The notes beneath the pieces are model-generated. The model was not told where the DNA came from. It was given only the letters and a program-made list of their open reading frames with translations, and did no database searches. DNA of 64,000 nt, taken from positions 24,043,175 to 24,107,174 of the forward strand of contig NC_092677.1 of the NCBI RefSeq assembly GCF_964355755.1, given 5' to 3'. Position 1 is the stretch's first letter. Every line of letters starts with the position of its first letter. Of this stretch, positions 29,526-42,667 are shown in pieces. Source of the DNA: Antedon mediterranea (Eukaryota; Animalia; Echinodermata). Both the position numbers and the translations under genes were made by a program.

Positions 29526-32500
29526 AAGACATTTAGATTTATTGGGAATATTTTGGGAGGGTGAATTAAATCATGATTTATCAGGATAGCTGGGAGGTCT
29601 GGGCTGTACAGTACATAGCTGAGCAGAATACATCATGCACTCACTGTACAGTGTGCAATGAACAGTTGAATAGTAAATTTGTAAAAAGTTGTTTGCACAG
29701 CTGAAACCAGTTAGTCCTTAAAACAAGGCATTTTATAATTACCTATGATATTACTGTAGATTGATAGTAACCTTTGAACTTTACCTCTTTACAAAACATC
29801 TCCCCCAAAAAATATTCTGTTACCAGAGGAACAAATTGGCTCCAAGCTACAGTTTATTCAGGAAATGGAGTTAATTTTGCAACTTAAAACAGTGTATTGC
29901 ACGGCTGTTCTGGCCAGTATACACATCTGGTTTTGGTGCACTGTGTATTAAAACTGCCAATGTGCATTAAGTTTTGTGTGAACTGATTATGGCGAACAGA
30001 TGCGTTGAGTTGTCAGATAAAGGAAACTTAGTGATAAGCTGTGCCAGGCCTATTGGGATAGGCCTGTTTAGTCATTTTCATGTTTAAAATGTTACCGAGG
30101 ATATAAAGTATGCAGTTAAACAAGTATAGTAAGTTTGTTGGGTCTGCGGCTAAAAAAGGTGCAAAATTAAAACGTCATGTTCATCATGTACTGGATGTCA
30201 TTGTATGACAAAAATAAACGCATCAAATGATGTTTTTCATCATTTTCATAAATCAATCATTTGTACCTTATGTTTTTAACACTCAAACTGCCATTATGAC
30301 CAACTATACACAGAGATCTGTGTACAGTACAACAGCCAGACAAGCATACTGTACTAATTTCAGTCCTTAATTAATGAAGTTTGCAAAATCAATTGATAGG
30401 CCTACTGTTGAATTGCATTTATAGGCTTGTGAATGTTGTTCTCCCCCTGCTACAGTAGTTGATTCTTAGGTGTTTTTTGGCATATTAAATTTGCTTTTAA
30501 TTTCCTTCGAATGTTAATAATTGATTAATAAATGATTAACACCTTGTGTTAAAGTTTACTTTCTTTTCGTTTGTAAATATTCTGTACAAAAAATTTTCTA
30601 TCAATATTGTTTAATTTTTAAATTGTATTATTTAAATAGTGATTGGTTAATTAAATGAGCATACAGTACTGTACATAGGGACTGTCCACTTGCTTTTGAT
30701 ACCGACATACCTGACTTGTAAAAATGGAATTATGTATAAAGAATTCAAACAGTGTGATTACAATCATAGTGTGTCTACACAAAATGTCTGATGTACAGTA
30801 CCCTTGCATGTACAGTAATACTATAGTGATAATCTGATATGCCCAAATATGGTAGTGATATGACATCATCATGTCCATATGGGAACATCACATAACTTCG
30901 ATAGTGTAGACAGAGCTTAAAGTATGTGCAGTAAATGGTGACTAGAGTTGTAACAAAAACTAATTATTTAACTTGGTCATACCCGAAAAGTTAGTAGAGT
31001 AGAGTATACAGTAAAACAAATTTCTCTTTTAATTTATATAAAAAAAATTATTCTGTAAACAGTACACATTTTTTAAAGTAAAAGTCTTCTATAGAGGATG
31101 ATACCCAAAATTCAAACTTCCAAAACATTTACATTAAACAGAAAAAATATGATCAGGAACTTTGGTTAAAAAAAGAAAGTGAAACTAACGACCATTTGGC
31201 TAATTTGCAAGCAGAATGTTGGAAATAATTTAAGTTGAATTAGCGTGAAATAGCTGTCGGAGTAATGTTCATGTCCCGAACAGCCGGCATTGCAAAGTCT
31301 TTGATTCATGTTTACGAATTAAAGAGGGTGTCTGTTCTGCAACCTTAATTGCTCTCGAAAATGTGTGAGCTGAAAGTATTGAATTATGATAAGTCTGCTC
31401 AAGGGAGTGTTATATTGAGTGTTAGGTATATGATACTGTTGTTTGTAGTCTATATTTAATATTTTATTTTGTTGCTATGAGAATTGTAATACTGTATTAC
31501 TAGATGTACTGTATACAGTTAGCAGTTCATAAATGATGAAGCACCACAGCAGTTTTGTGAGGTTTAGAAAGTTGAGATTGCAGCCCTATCAAAATGTTAC
31601 TGCAGTGCTTAACTGCAGTAACTGTAAGTTTTCAATTAAAACAAAATGTAATGGTAATTTGCTGTACTGTACATCAACGCTTCTAATTTCTCTGTGAGCC
31701 TCCCATACTGTATGCTTGTCCAATTTTTGATCTCCGAATATTAAAAAAAATCTTCGAAAATTTTTTAACGAGAAGATAAAAACATCTTTCAAAGCCATTT
31801 TACTGTCTGATTTTGTTTTTTAGAAACATTTGATTAGTTGCTAGAATTGACAACACACTTCTGGTACACATTGTGCGAGATATTGTGTGATTACAACTTG
31901 TAAATAAAATGCATCAAATCTTTACTGTAAATGCAACAAATCCGTTAAAAACGTGTAAAATCCATTAAAATGAGTCAAATTATATAACTCCTGAAATTGT
32001 TAACTTGGTTTAGATTTAAAGGTACTGTATAATATAGTACTGCACAATAGTAATTATACAAGTTGTATTTTTTTGGAAAGTTATTTAATATTATTTTTGT
32101 AATAATTGTTTGGATGACTGGAAGCAATTACTGTACAACCTGTTTAATTATTTGGAGAAATGCAATAAAGTATGTACTCTGCTATTATTAGTAATCGTAC
32201 ACAATTTTTCCATTGATATTTGTTTTCAGTTTTCTATTTTTGAAAGATTCTTGTATCTAAACATATGGTTTGGATGACTGTAAGCAGAATATACTACAAC
32301 TTGTTTAATCATTGGGAGTATTAAGCAACAGGTACATAGCATACTGTGATGAATCATGTGAGGTCTTTGTATTCCCCCAGGTCATAGCACAACCAGCTTG
32401 ATATCCCCAGTCTCCAATGAAAGTTCACCTACCCCATTTTAACTCCATGCGACCCACTTCCAAATGTCGGGCTGTATTGAAAGAAAATATCTGTTCATCA

Positions 32501-34045
32501 TTTATTTTTGCTGTTGGCTGTTTTCTACATTTTTGCAACTCACAGTACATTATAGACACTGATAGTCCCAAATATTTTTTTGAAAAATATCACATTTCAT
32601 TTGTGGGAACTGTTTTAATTATAACTAAATATTACATTTTTATAGTACATTTGCTGTATTTTAACTAATAATCTATCTTTCTACAATGTAAGTAATTTGT
32701 GATTCAGGACCTGTGTGAGAGCTTCTTTTAATAGCACATTTTTAAATATTTTTAAAACCGAGTTTATTTGGAGCAAATTTTTAAATTGCACTAAATTGTG
32801 GTCTCAATTTGGTCTCATCTTGGGTCACTGAATTGCGCAAACATTTAAACCCTCTGTGGATGATAGTAATGTTGTTACACAACCAACCACTATACCACCA
32901 AAAGTACAAAGAAAGTTACAACATGAATTTTGTTTACAGTACTGTACCAAAGTTTTATTCCCTGTAGAAAGAGGCCCATCAAGTTTGTTTACTGTGTTTA
33001 TGCTGTATTAAATGTATTTTGTTTTATAAAACCTCTCGGTGAATTGTGACCGACCTTGGATTTGCAAAACTTCACATCCAGCAACGCTCGAAAGAACCAA
33101 GAAATCATTAACTATCGCGTAAAAATATGTAAATATTCGTGGTCCGGCTCGATCATCGTTAATGATTCAATGCAACTTAACGCAACTAGTCGTAACGTTT
33201 CATTGACAGGAAAACAGGCTTTAGGCTATTGGCGCAAAAAAAACATTTTCGTACTGTATATTAAAGGTCTAAAAAAATCCACTATATTCAGACAATTATA
33301 TGACAAGAATTGGCTGCCCAAAATGCCTCAGATGCTATCTCCGGGCGTCTACAAACAAAAATCCCTGGAAGAGCATGACTCCCCTAGAAGATTATTTTCT
33401 CATATCGGCCCCCTTTTTAGCAAAATCCTATATCCGCCCCTGATTCTACTAAACGGAAAACTGACATTGGTAGTGAAAATAGAAAATTTGTAGAAATTTG
33501 TGCCATATAAAAAAAACTGTAGTGTGCGGTTAATTAAATATTGTATTCTAACCTGTATCCAAAGTCAAAGCTCTGCCCAACTAATGACACATCCTCCCAA
33601 TTCAACTTGTAAACATTCATAAATTGTGTAAAAGTATCAACAAGGCAATTTTATGATAACAACATGACAACAAACATAATTGTTTTGTTGAAATCATTGG
33701 AGATTGTAAGTTAATGGAACTTTGTAGATAAACTATTCAACATTCGCAAATCAAATTAGTACATGTACAATAAAGTGTAGTACATATTATGATTTCCCAC
33801 AAGTGGAAATTGACTAATCGAAAGTTGAAAGCAATGTCCACAATTATTATTATTCATCTACCTATTATACTGTATAAATTTACATACTTTGATGTTTTTT
33901 ACTTGATCTTTCTTTGACCTTCAATTCAACTAGTAGCACAACACTACGGATTGGCAAAATATAGGTATAATAAAAAAATTTATATTTTTTATTTTATTTT
34001 ATTATTAAAATCATGTCACAATTAAATTTAGTTTAGAACTTGTGT

Positions 34046-34235
34046 CGAGTGGCCATATTGTTGTCGCTGTTATGACAGGGGCACCGAAAACCATACCTAG
34101 ATTGCACAGGTTCAAGTCACTCCTTGACCATTGTTCTGGTGGTACAACAAGTCTTCTTGAGTGCACTAAAGAACCCAGGTCATCTTTTGGAGTACAGGGT
34201 TACCCTGGTGTACTGGTTCATTCAGCCCCTGTCTT
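34046..34235 (+). mobile_element. Decayed, internally deleted copy of tRNA-SINE family 1
   Basis: GAGTGGCC head, GGTTCAAGTCACTC, GTTCTGGTGGTA..AAGTCTTCT and GTGCACTAAAGAACC blocks shared with 49938-50243. Confidence 0.6.
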
Positions 34236-34247
34236 GCTTGACCGTAA

Positions 34248-34632
34248 AGGCCCATATACACTAAGACGATAACGATCGACAATTAAACTAGAAAACGCAT
34301 TTTTCATACATAAAACAAAAAAAATATAAAGACGTTTCATTCTAGAACTATAGAATAACCATCTGTGCTTCCTTTGATTAAAAGATATTTTTGTACACGT
34401 CCAATCAATTGATGTCCTATTTAGTAAGACTAATACAACGATTTTATCGTTTTTATTTATCATGACGTCATTTGAATGGAATTTAAAAAATATTATTTTT
34501 ATCACAGATAGCATAAATGATTATCCTATAGTTCTAACGAAAACATTTCTAATTTCTTTTGTTTTATGTTTAAACAAAATGCATGCTTATATATTTATCG
34601 TCGATCGTTATCATCTTAGTGTAAATGGGCCT
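34248..34632. mobile_element. PIF/Harbinger-type MITE
   Basis: TIRs AGGCCCATATACACTAAGACGATAACGATCGAC / GTCGATCGTTATCATCTTAGTGTAAATGGGCCT; TWA flanks. Confidence 0.85.
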
Positions 34633-35537
34633 TTATGCTTTAAACTACAGTAAACAGAAAATCTGAGTAGGATTCCACTGAGCTATTCAAGTACACTAGA
34701 AGGAGAGAACGAACAACAAAACTCTTTTTTACTTGGCCTTATTGGCCATTTCAAATACGGTTTTAGGCAGTAAACACTATTATTGTAAACTGTTGTGAGA
34801 TCAAACAATATTATAATCGACAATTTTCTTGCTATAATTAATGTTGGCAGTTTGAACAAAAGTATGGGCTAAGGATGACAGTTAAACATTAATTGTAAAG
34901 TCTGGCGTTTGTTAGCATTTTAACTTGAGGTAATTACGTTGACAATGAAGATGTTGGTTTGTGTCGCAATGCACCAGGTTTTTTATTCCTGTCAGGACGT
35001 CTACAAAATTGCCTTCTGTTCCAAACGGATCGGAATCAAAAGATAATTCCTAATGGATTGGTCATCCAAGCCTTTACAGAATTTGATTGAAGTAAATGTT
35101 GTTTTTCCATCATAGTTGATGACATACAGTGATAGTGCAAAAAAACCATTAAATGTTTTAGTTTATAACTGATTGTCGCCATGTCAATTGAAATAAAATT
35201 GTGACTATATAAAGCACAAAATATTATTAAAGATTGAAGAATAGAATTAATTTACAGTATTTTCACATCTGGAAAAAAATATTTTTTATTTATTTTATTT
35301 AAAAAAGCTTTAATAGCTATTAATGTGAACCTACAGTATACAGTACCTACCAACATCAGATCTTAAAATCTCTGGAACTCTCAAGATAATCATGATTATG
35401 TTGTTTCAGTGGAAAAAAGTAACTTGGAAAAATCACAAGGGTATCCACATTAGTTCTGGATAGAACACTACACGATTCAGTAGCTTTTATCTTGGTTTGA
35501 TAGGGTTTGCTATGTTTTTTTAGATTTTCGAGGGTTT

Positions 35538-38052
35538 CAGGGCTCGCAGAATCCTAAAATATTTGGTTGCCCTTCGGGCAAGTAGGTTTTAGATTTTGGT
35601 TGCCCTCATCATTTTTTTACTTGCCCACTATTTTAACTTAATTTTAACGTTTTATACCGCGACTGCACCGCGAAAAAACGTCGGTGAAAAACGCCTATGC
35701 TTAATACACTGTGGTGTTTTTTTCGATGGATTTTAAAGTAGTGAAAACAATTTTTCAAATTTTTTCAATTACACAGTGATGTAGGCCAATCTTTTAAGAA
35801 CATTTTACAGTAATTTATTTTCTCATACGATCCTCCGTACAAGAGTTGCGATTGTTTAATTAACATGGTGTCCTGACTGAAATCCCTTGAAAACGCTATG
35901 TTATTTCTGTTGGTTACGCTTCGTTGCACGGCATTGTTTGTCATCGATCGAAGATGTGTTCCGTTTCGTGAATGAAAAAGGCGTATTCACGTGGGTTTAC
36001 TTTGGGAGCAAAAACGTTTTGCTTCTATTGTGCAATGAAATTCCGAAATCAAGCTATTTTGCGATATTTAAAATGTAGTAGCCTAGACATGGCACTAATT
36101 ATCTTACAATTATTTAATAGATATATCTAAAATATTGCCTATAGAAATGTAGGCCTCCTAGGCCTAAAAGTAGATTTTAGAAACTTTGGTTTTCTTAGGC
36201 TCTTTCAATTTACTCCGAAATGATTTAATGTTATTTTTATTAGGCCTGAGTGCTTTAATTTAGTAGTTTTTTTTGACAGTATATAAAAGGATGACGATGA
36301 CAAAAGTGTATTTCGACCGTGCCAACCCGATGTTGCCGTCATGAAGGCCCTAAAAAGATTTTTCCCACGTGAAATTGAAATGAATGCATGAAACGTACGC
36401 GAAACGTAAATAAACATTGAGAGAGGCCAATTCCTCCATGGAAATAAAATTAATTAATATATTACTCCATCCATGGCGAGAGAAAGTAAAAATACTTCTT
36501 CCAAGAAACCCTTCACAAGTTCTCCGCTTTTTGGGTTTAGCCGCTCTTATGCGGGAAATTGTAAGCCTCCTCTATCTGTTGTGCAAGGAGCTAGTAGTTG
36601 TCTCAGGCAGCGCGCTCTCAGGCAGCGAGCCATTGAAATGTACGATTCCTACAACACGTAAATTGCTAGCCTAGAGAGCAGTGCGAGTCGCAACCGCTCT
36701 GAGAGTGCGAGGAGGAATTACCTACTGAGGAGGCGAACTGCATGCGTGTGAGTGATTTGAACAACTCACGTGACATCAACATCCAATCAGAAAACAGCAT
36801 TCTGGCTAGCTGGCAGTAGTTTCGTTGATTGAGCGAAAAAAAATATCGCCGTCCGTCTCTACGTGACGTGAAACAATACGCATGCGTATAGCAAAAAAAC
36901 TCACAGCAGCTGCAGCCGTACGTAGTAGGAGCACGTCACATGGGTACGGTGTGTGGTGGAGAGTGCGGGCTTGTGGAAGTTTACTTGTTGTTTCAGTAGA
37001 AGCTCGCACAGGTTGGATAAAAACAACCATCTGCTCGCACAAGTTTGTGATTGAAAACAACACAAGGGAACTGTGCCGAATTGTGGTGAAAACCACGTGC
37101 TCCGCCAAGTTGGAGTTTTTGAAAGTTCAACTCTCGGCGATACCCGAAGAAGTGTATTATTTTCAATGTTGATAATAAAAAATATACTGTAACTATTTAA
37201 GTATTCAATGTATTTATTAAATAAATTATTAGGCCTATTAAATTTATATTCTGTAATATTTATAAAAAAAATGGTAGGCCTACTTGCCTGTGAAACATCG
37301 GCCGGTGCCTATTTGGCACAGACAATTAAAATTACGTATCTATTATAATTTAATAATATACTGTATTTTCAATACAACTGTACATTTGAACAATAATTAC
37401 AGTAATTCAGCAAATTATTTATTACACACAAAATACATAACATGAATGTAATTAAACATAGGCCTAATCTACTATCAGGCTGTAGGCCACATAATTAATA
37501 CTAAGTAGTAGATTCAGATTTTATTACCACCGTAAAATGATGTCGATAATTGAGAAAAACAAAAACATACTAGCCCCTATTTTATTTGGTTTATAGTATA
37601 ACTAGGGAGTTGTTAATTAGAAACTCCCTGGTATAATAACTTCAAATAAGTTAAAAGCCGAGAGTTCAACGCTTCCTATTTCGCGATCAATGGATGCCGC
37701 AAGAGACCGCGTGCTATATGACAGACCTGGAAACTCTATACGCAACGACTTGATACGCCCGACTGCATAGAAACACATGTTTTGGCTCCTGGAGATAACG
37801 TTCCATACCACCGAATTCCGATCCATACATTTACTTAACAAACACTACACTGGTCTCGACGTCAAGAGAATTCGTTCGTGCGCGACTATTATTTTCATTG
37901 TTTACAGTTTTTCACAACCCCTGTAAAACATCGTGGACATTTTCGGTGATTTTAAGAGGTTGCCCGTCGGGACATGACATGTTAAATTTTAGTTGCCCGA
38001 CGTATTTATTTGGTTGCCGCGGGACGTCGGGCAAGCGATTCTGCGAGCCCTG
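35538..38052. mobile_element. 2.5-kb non-autonomous DNA transposon with CAGGG termini and 5-bp TSD (hAT5-like)
   Basis: Perfect 16-bp TIR CAGGGCTCGCAGAATC / GATTCTGCGAGCCCTG; GGTTT on both flanks; subterminal TTGCCC/CGGGCA repeats; no transposase ORF. Confidence 0.85.
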
Positions 38053-39312
38053 GGTTTGCGATGTTCAGCATATCCACAGATATCAACAACAACAAAAGTA
38101 GAATCTTTTACATTGGTATACAGTAGTTCTGCGTTTTATAACAGTTATTGAAAATACTACTGTAGGCTACTAATGTCCTTTTATTTTCTTATTAAATTTC
38201 TGTTAATTTTCATTAATTTTTGGCCGTGACTTGGCCTTGATGATAAAACATCCTTGAGTGTGTATTGAGTTGTTACTTTACCCACTATTATTACTATTGT
38301 GAGAGAATGTGTTACTGTAGTTCCAGTTTAATCAATTTCTTCTGGTTTGGCTCTGTTTCACTATGTATTCTTTCTTTGACTTCCACTGTACGTACAGTAC
38401 GGTACGTACATGTACCGAATACAGTACGCTAAATTTCTTGTTTGTTAAAAATACAGCGTAGTATAGTAACAATATGTCCTTCTTACTCGACGGTCCGTAG
38501 TAGAGAGATCGAGACAAAGAAAAATGTTTTCTAAGAATGAGGTGAACGTAACATCTGCTAATTAATATGCAAAACAATTGCCTCATACAGGTGAATCAAG
38601 TGTTTTTTGTGAAGAAATAAAATATTATTATTATTTTGTTTAAAAATCATTCAAAAACACTGCACCTACTTTGTAGATTGGATCAGTCTGGTTCTCATCT
38701 TGCAGTGAATTACTTCTTAACACCTTTTCCTTTGAGTTTTTGTCGGCTTCCGTTTATAGGAGCGCAATTTATTAAGCTAAAATACTTACGAGACATACTG
38801 TACCTTGCCTATGCCGAATCTATTCAAGATGTTATAATTGTCAAGCTGTTTTAAAAAAAACAAAGTAGGCCTGAATTTTCGACTTTGATACTTGAGCACA
38901 TCAACAATTTTTTGTCAAACTCTGTAGTTTAATAGTGTAGACAGAGCTTAATAGGTTAAATATACCTTTGTATTTTATTATTATACTCATAAGACCTAAA
39001 AAACACTTTTTTAGCTCTGTTTACACTATATATAAACGTAAATGTGATGTGCTCATACTTAGACACGATGATGTCATATCACTATCATATTTGGGCATAA
39101 AAATTAATGGGAGATGCGCTGAAGAATTTAAAAGTAATCTTTCTTTATTTTCAAACTGATATTATATTTTAGGTGTGCTAATTCATTTTCAACAATTTAA
39201 TGAGAGCCTTGTCAATGTATTATTTTATTTATTACAATCCAACATTCATGGTTTTATTTATTTTTATACCTCCCTGGTTTTATATTCTTGTTTTTTATAA
39301 TAAAGAAGACAA

Positions 39313-39664
39313 ATCAGTATCCTTTTTATTTACAGTAAATAATGATGGTTTTATTGTGGCCTACACTATTATTAACTTTTACAAAAAAAAAAGTTCTACA
39401 AAACATTTAGAATTTAAAAAGTCAATCAAACTAATCAGTATCCTTTTTATTTACAGTAAATAATGATGGTTTTATTGTGGCCTACACTATTATTAACTTT
39501 TACAAAAAAAAAGTTCTACAAAACATTTAGAATTTAAAAAGTCAATCAAACTAATCAGTATCCTTTTTATTTACAGTAAATAATGATGGTTTTATTGTGG
39601 CCTAGACACTATTATTAACTTTTACAAAAACAAAAAGTTCTACAAAACATTTAAAATTTAAAAA
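39313..39664. repeat. Tandem repeat, 120-bp unit, about 3 copies
   Basis: ATCAGTATCCTTTTTATTTACAGTAAATAATGATGG recurs at ~39314, 39434 and 39554. Confidence 0.95.
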
Positions 39665-40034
39665 TACTACTACTGTACATTAACATTTTAACACTAATAC
39701 TTACTGTATCAGTAGCACACGATATATATTATAGAGTCCTACTTTCATATTGGTTGAAATAAAGTCTTATTTTAAAAGCTATAGTTATAGTCATTTGTAA
39801 TGTTAAATGGCAAATTGTTCTAGATTCTTGGTCCAGTACACTAGCAATGTAAAGTCTTTAGTATTGTATTACAGTGATGTACAGATGTTTTCAATTTGTA
39901 TGCACCAGTTATTTTTATATACAATTTTAATGATGTTCTGGATGACATCAACATGTCCAACTTTTACACTATTTCTCACATTTTGCTTTTTACAACCTGG
40001 TACAGTTTACTGTATTGTTGAAAAATACACATGC

Positions 40035-40710
40035 ATAATGTACTGTAAACACTTTTTAATAACCCCATACAGTACTGTTGTACATTTAATTACCATAGTA
40101 CATAATGTACTGTAAACACTTTTTAATAAACCCATACAGTACTGTTGTACATTTTAAATACCATAATACATAATATACTGTACACGTTTTTTAATAACCC
40201 CATACAGTACTGTTGTACATTTAAATACCATAGTACATAATATACTGTACACGTTTTTTAATAACCCCATACAGTACTGTTGTACATTTAAATACCATAG
40301 TACATAATATACTGTAAACACTTTTTAATAACCCCATACAGTACTGTTGTACATTTAAATACCATAGTACATAATATACTGTACACATTTTTTAATAACC
40401 CCATACAGTACTGTTGTACATTTGAATACCATAGTACATAATGTACTGTACATGTTTTTTAATAACCCCATACAGTACTGTTGTACATTTAAATACCATA
40501 GTACATAATATACTGTACACGTTGTTTAATAACCCCATACAGTACTGTTGTACATTTGAATACCATAGTACATAATGTACTGTAAACACTTTTTAATAAC
40601 CCCATGCAGTACTGTTGTACATTTAAATACCATAGTACATAATATACTGTACACGTTTTTTAATAACCCTATACAGTACTGTTGTACATTTTGAATACCA
40701 GTAGTACATA
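40035..40710. repeat. Minisatellite, 67-bp unit, about 10 copies
   Basis: AACCCCATACAGTACTGTTGTACATTTAAATACCATAGTACATAAT recurs every 67 bp. Confidence 0.95.
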
Positions 40711-41302
40711 GTCTTGATAGTTATTGAGAACACCAAGACTAAACCAACTCATGAAACACTGTCTGTTCACCTCGTAAACGGTCAATTTTATCAAGTATAA
40801 CTACAGTGACCTACAGTATTTATATTGTAAAACTGCACAAGCTCGCACAAATCCAAAAAAACATTACTGTATGTTGACATGAAATTCCAAATTTATCAAA
40901 ATATAGAATTATGGCTTTGTCAACAAGTTTTCTAAATTGATTTGCCAAGAATATTTGGGAATATGTGCCAAATTTAAACATACCATGATACCGAATCAAG
41001 CACAGGATATTCTAAAAATAGAACTTGGCTAAACTGTGAAATGTATTTTGTTATTATTTATTTGGAAATTTTTAGACAAAAAAGTGTTTGAAGCAAAGTA
41101 GTTACATTTATTGTTAAAAATATAACATAAATTGTCATTTCAATCAAAGTTAATCACAATTTGCTAGTGACCACTTGCATAGGAAAACATGCAGCCTTTT
41201 TAGCTACAATCTACGTATTTGGGGTCAATTTAAGGTCAACCTGGATTTTACAAATCCCATGTTTTACGTGAAGCTGTACTGTTTACCACATGATAAATCA
41301 TT

Positions 41303-41832
41303 TAATAATAATAATAATAATAAACAGTATTTATAGCGCCTAATGGATCACTGACCCCTCTAGGTGCTTTACATTAGACCCTAACTAATGGTAATAAACT
41401 ATCCCCCGCCGGACACCATTCCGGTATTTCTTAGTCGAGGTTTCGGGGATGGAGACAATCAATAATGTGAAAAAAAAAAAAAAAAAAAAAAAATGTAACA
41501 AAGCTTAACTATGTTTAACTAAGGTAAAACTATCCCCGGCCGGACACCATCCCGGTATTTCTGAGTCGAGGTTTCGGGGCCAGAATTAAGAATAGAGAGT
41601 AAATGAAGCATGCACAACTTAAGCTAGGGTAAAACTATCCCGCTGGACACCATCCCGGTATTTCTGAGTCAAGGTTTCGGGGAAGGAATAAATGAATGAA
41701 TGAATAAGTTAATTAATACCGGATGAGAACAGATGGGCTTTCAGTCGTGATTTAAAAATACTGACTAAAGGAGCAAGTCTCACAAAGAGTGGAAGTTTGT
41801 TCCATAATGAAGGTGCTATTGCTGCAAAGGCC
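41303..41832 (-). mobile_element. 5'-truncated L2/CR1-clade LINE 3' end
   Basis: Minus strand reads AFAAIAPSLWNKLPLFVRLAPLVSIFKSRLKAHLFSSGIN*, typical of the L2 ORF2 C-terminus. It is followed by a 3' UTR, TGTAAAGCACCTAGAG...GGCGCTATAAATAC and a (TTA)n tail. Confidence 0.85.
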
Positions 41833-42667
41833 TTTTTGATATTTGTTCACAATTCCTTAATATTGAAAATATTATTAAAATAAACGAGAAACCGATATGA
41901 TAATTGTACATTGCAGTTTGATGTAAAGATTAAAGCGTCTAGTGACCTAGGATTAATAACATTTTAATGAACACATTTTATGGCACCAACATGGATACAT
42001 TGGTAAATAAGTCAAATTTATGACTTTCATTTATGATTCATATTTAAATGTGCTATATAAATCAATAATACGTATTTAAATACAGAGTTATTACTTTCAG
42101 TAAAAATTGAGACATTTTTTAAAAACAGTAAGTTACAATACAGTTAGTAATATACCATATTAAAATACTATAAAAAAAAGTATTTGATGAAAATTGTAAA
42201 AATAAAATTCTTTCAAAATGTGAGACTACAATTGTTAGTAGCCAAGATACAGTATCATTTAAAAAAAGTTTTTATAAATCAATATTTAGTTGGTAAAGAA
42301 GTAAATAAATAAATCTATGGAAACAGTAGAAAATTTAAAGCTAAAATAATGCTACAGTATACAGTAAGTATTTATAGTGTACTAGCTGTATGTCCACTAG
42401 TTGATGAGTATGGCAACCGTAATCAATGCAGATAGAGTATAATACCATATTTTCTAAAAATTAAAATCCTCAATTCTTTTGTGTAGTGTACATTTGTAAA
42501 CAATGATACAAAAAAAGAAAAGAATGTTTAAGATGCTCCTAGAGGGCAGCCTAGTAGACCTTCTCATTAGCGCCACTAAAAAATAATAAGTCCTCACACT
42601 GCATGTTGGTTTATCCATGTATGCGACACTCATTCAGGCAGAAATACAGTACTGTAGACATATTGAA

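Noticed and set aside
32366-32490. Possible exon (plus-strand acceptor at 32380 reading HSTTSLISPVSNESSPTPF*, or a minus-strand mini-exon)
   Set aside because: Splice signals are only moderate, both strands are equally plausible, and there is no recognisable protein similarity.
33056-33493. 145-aa ORF
   Set aside because: Non-ATG start, no motif, and it overlaps a decayed repeat end (AATCCTATATCCGCCCCTG).
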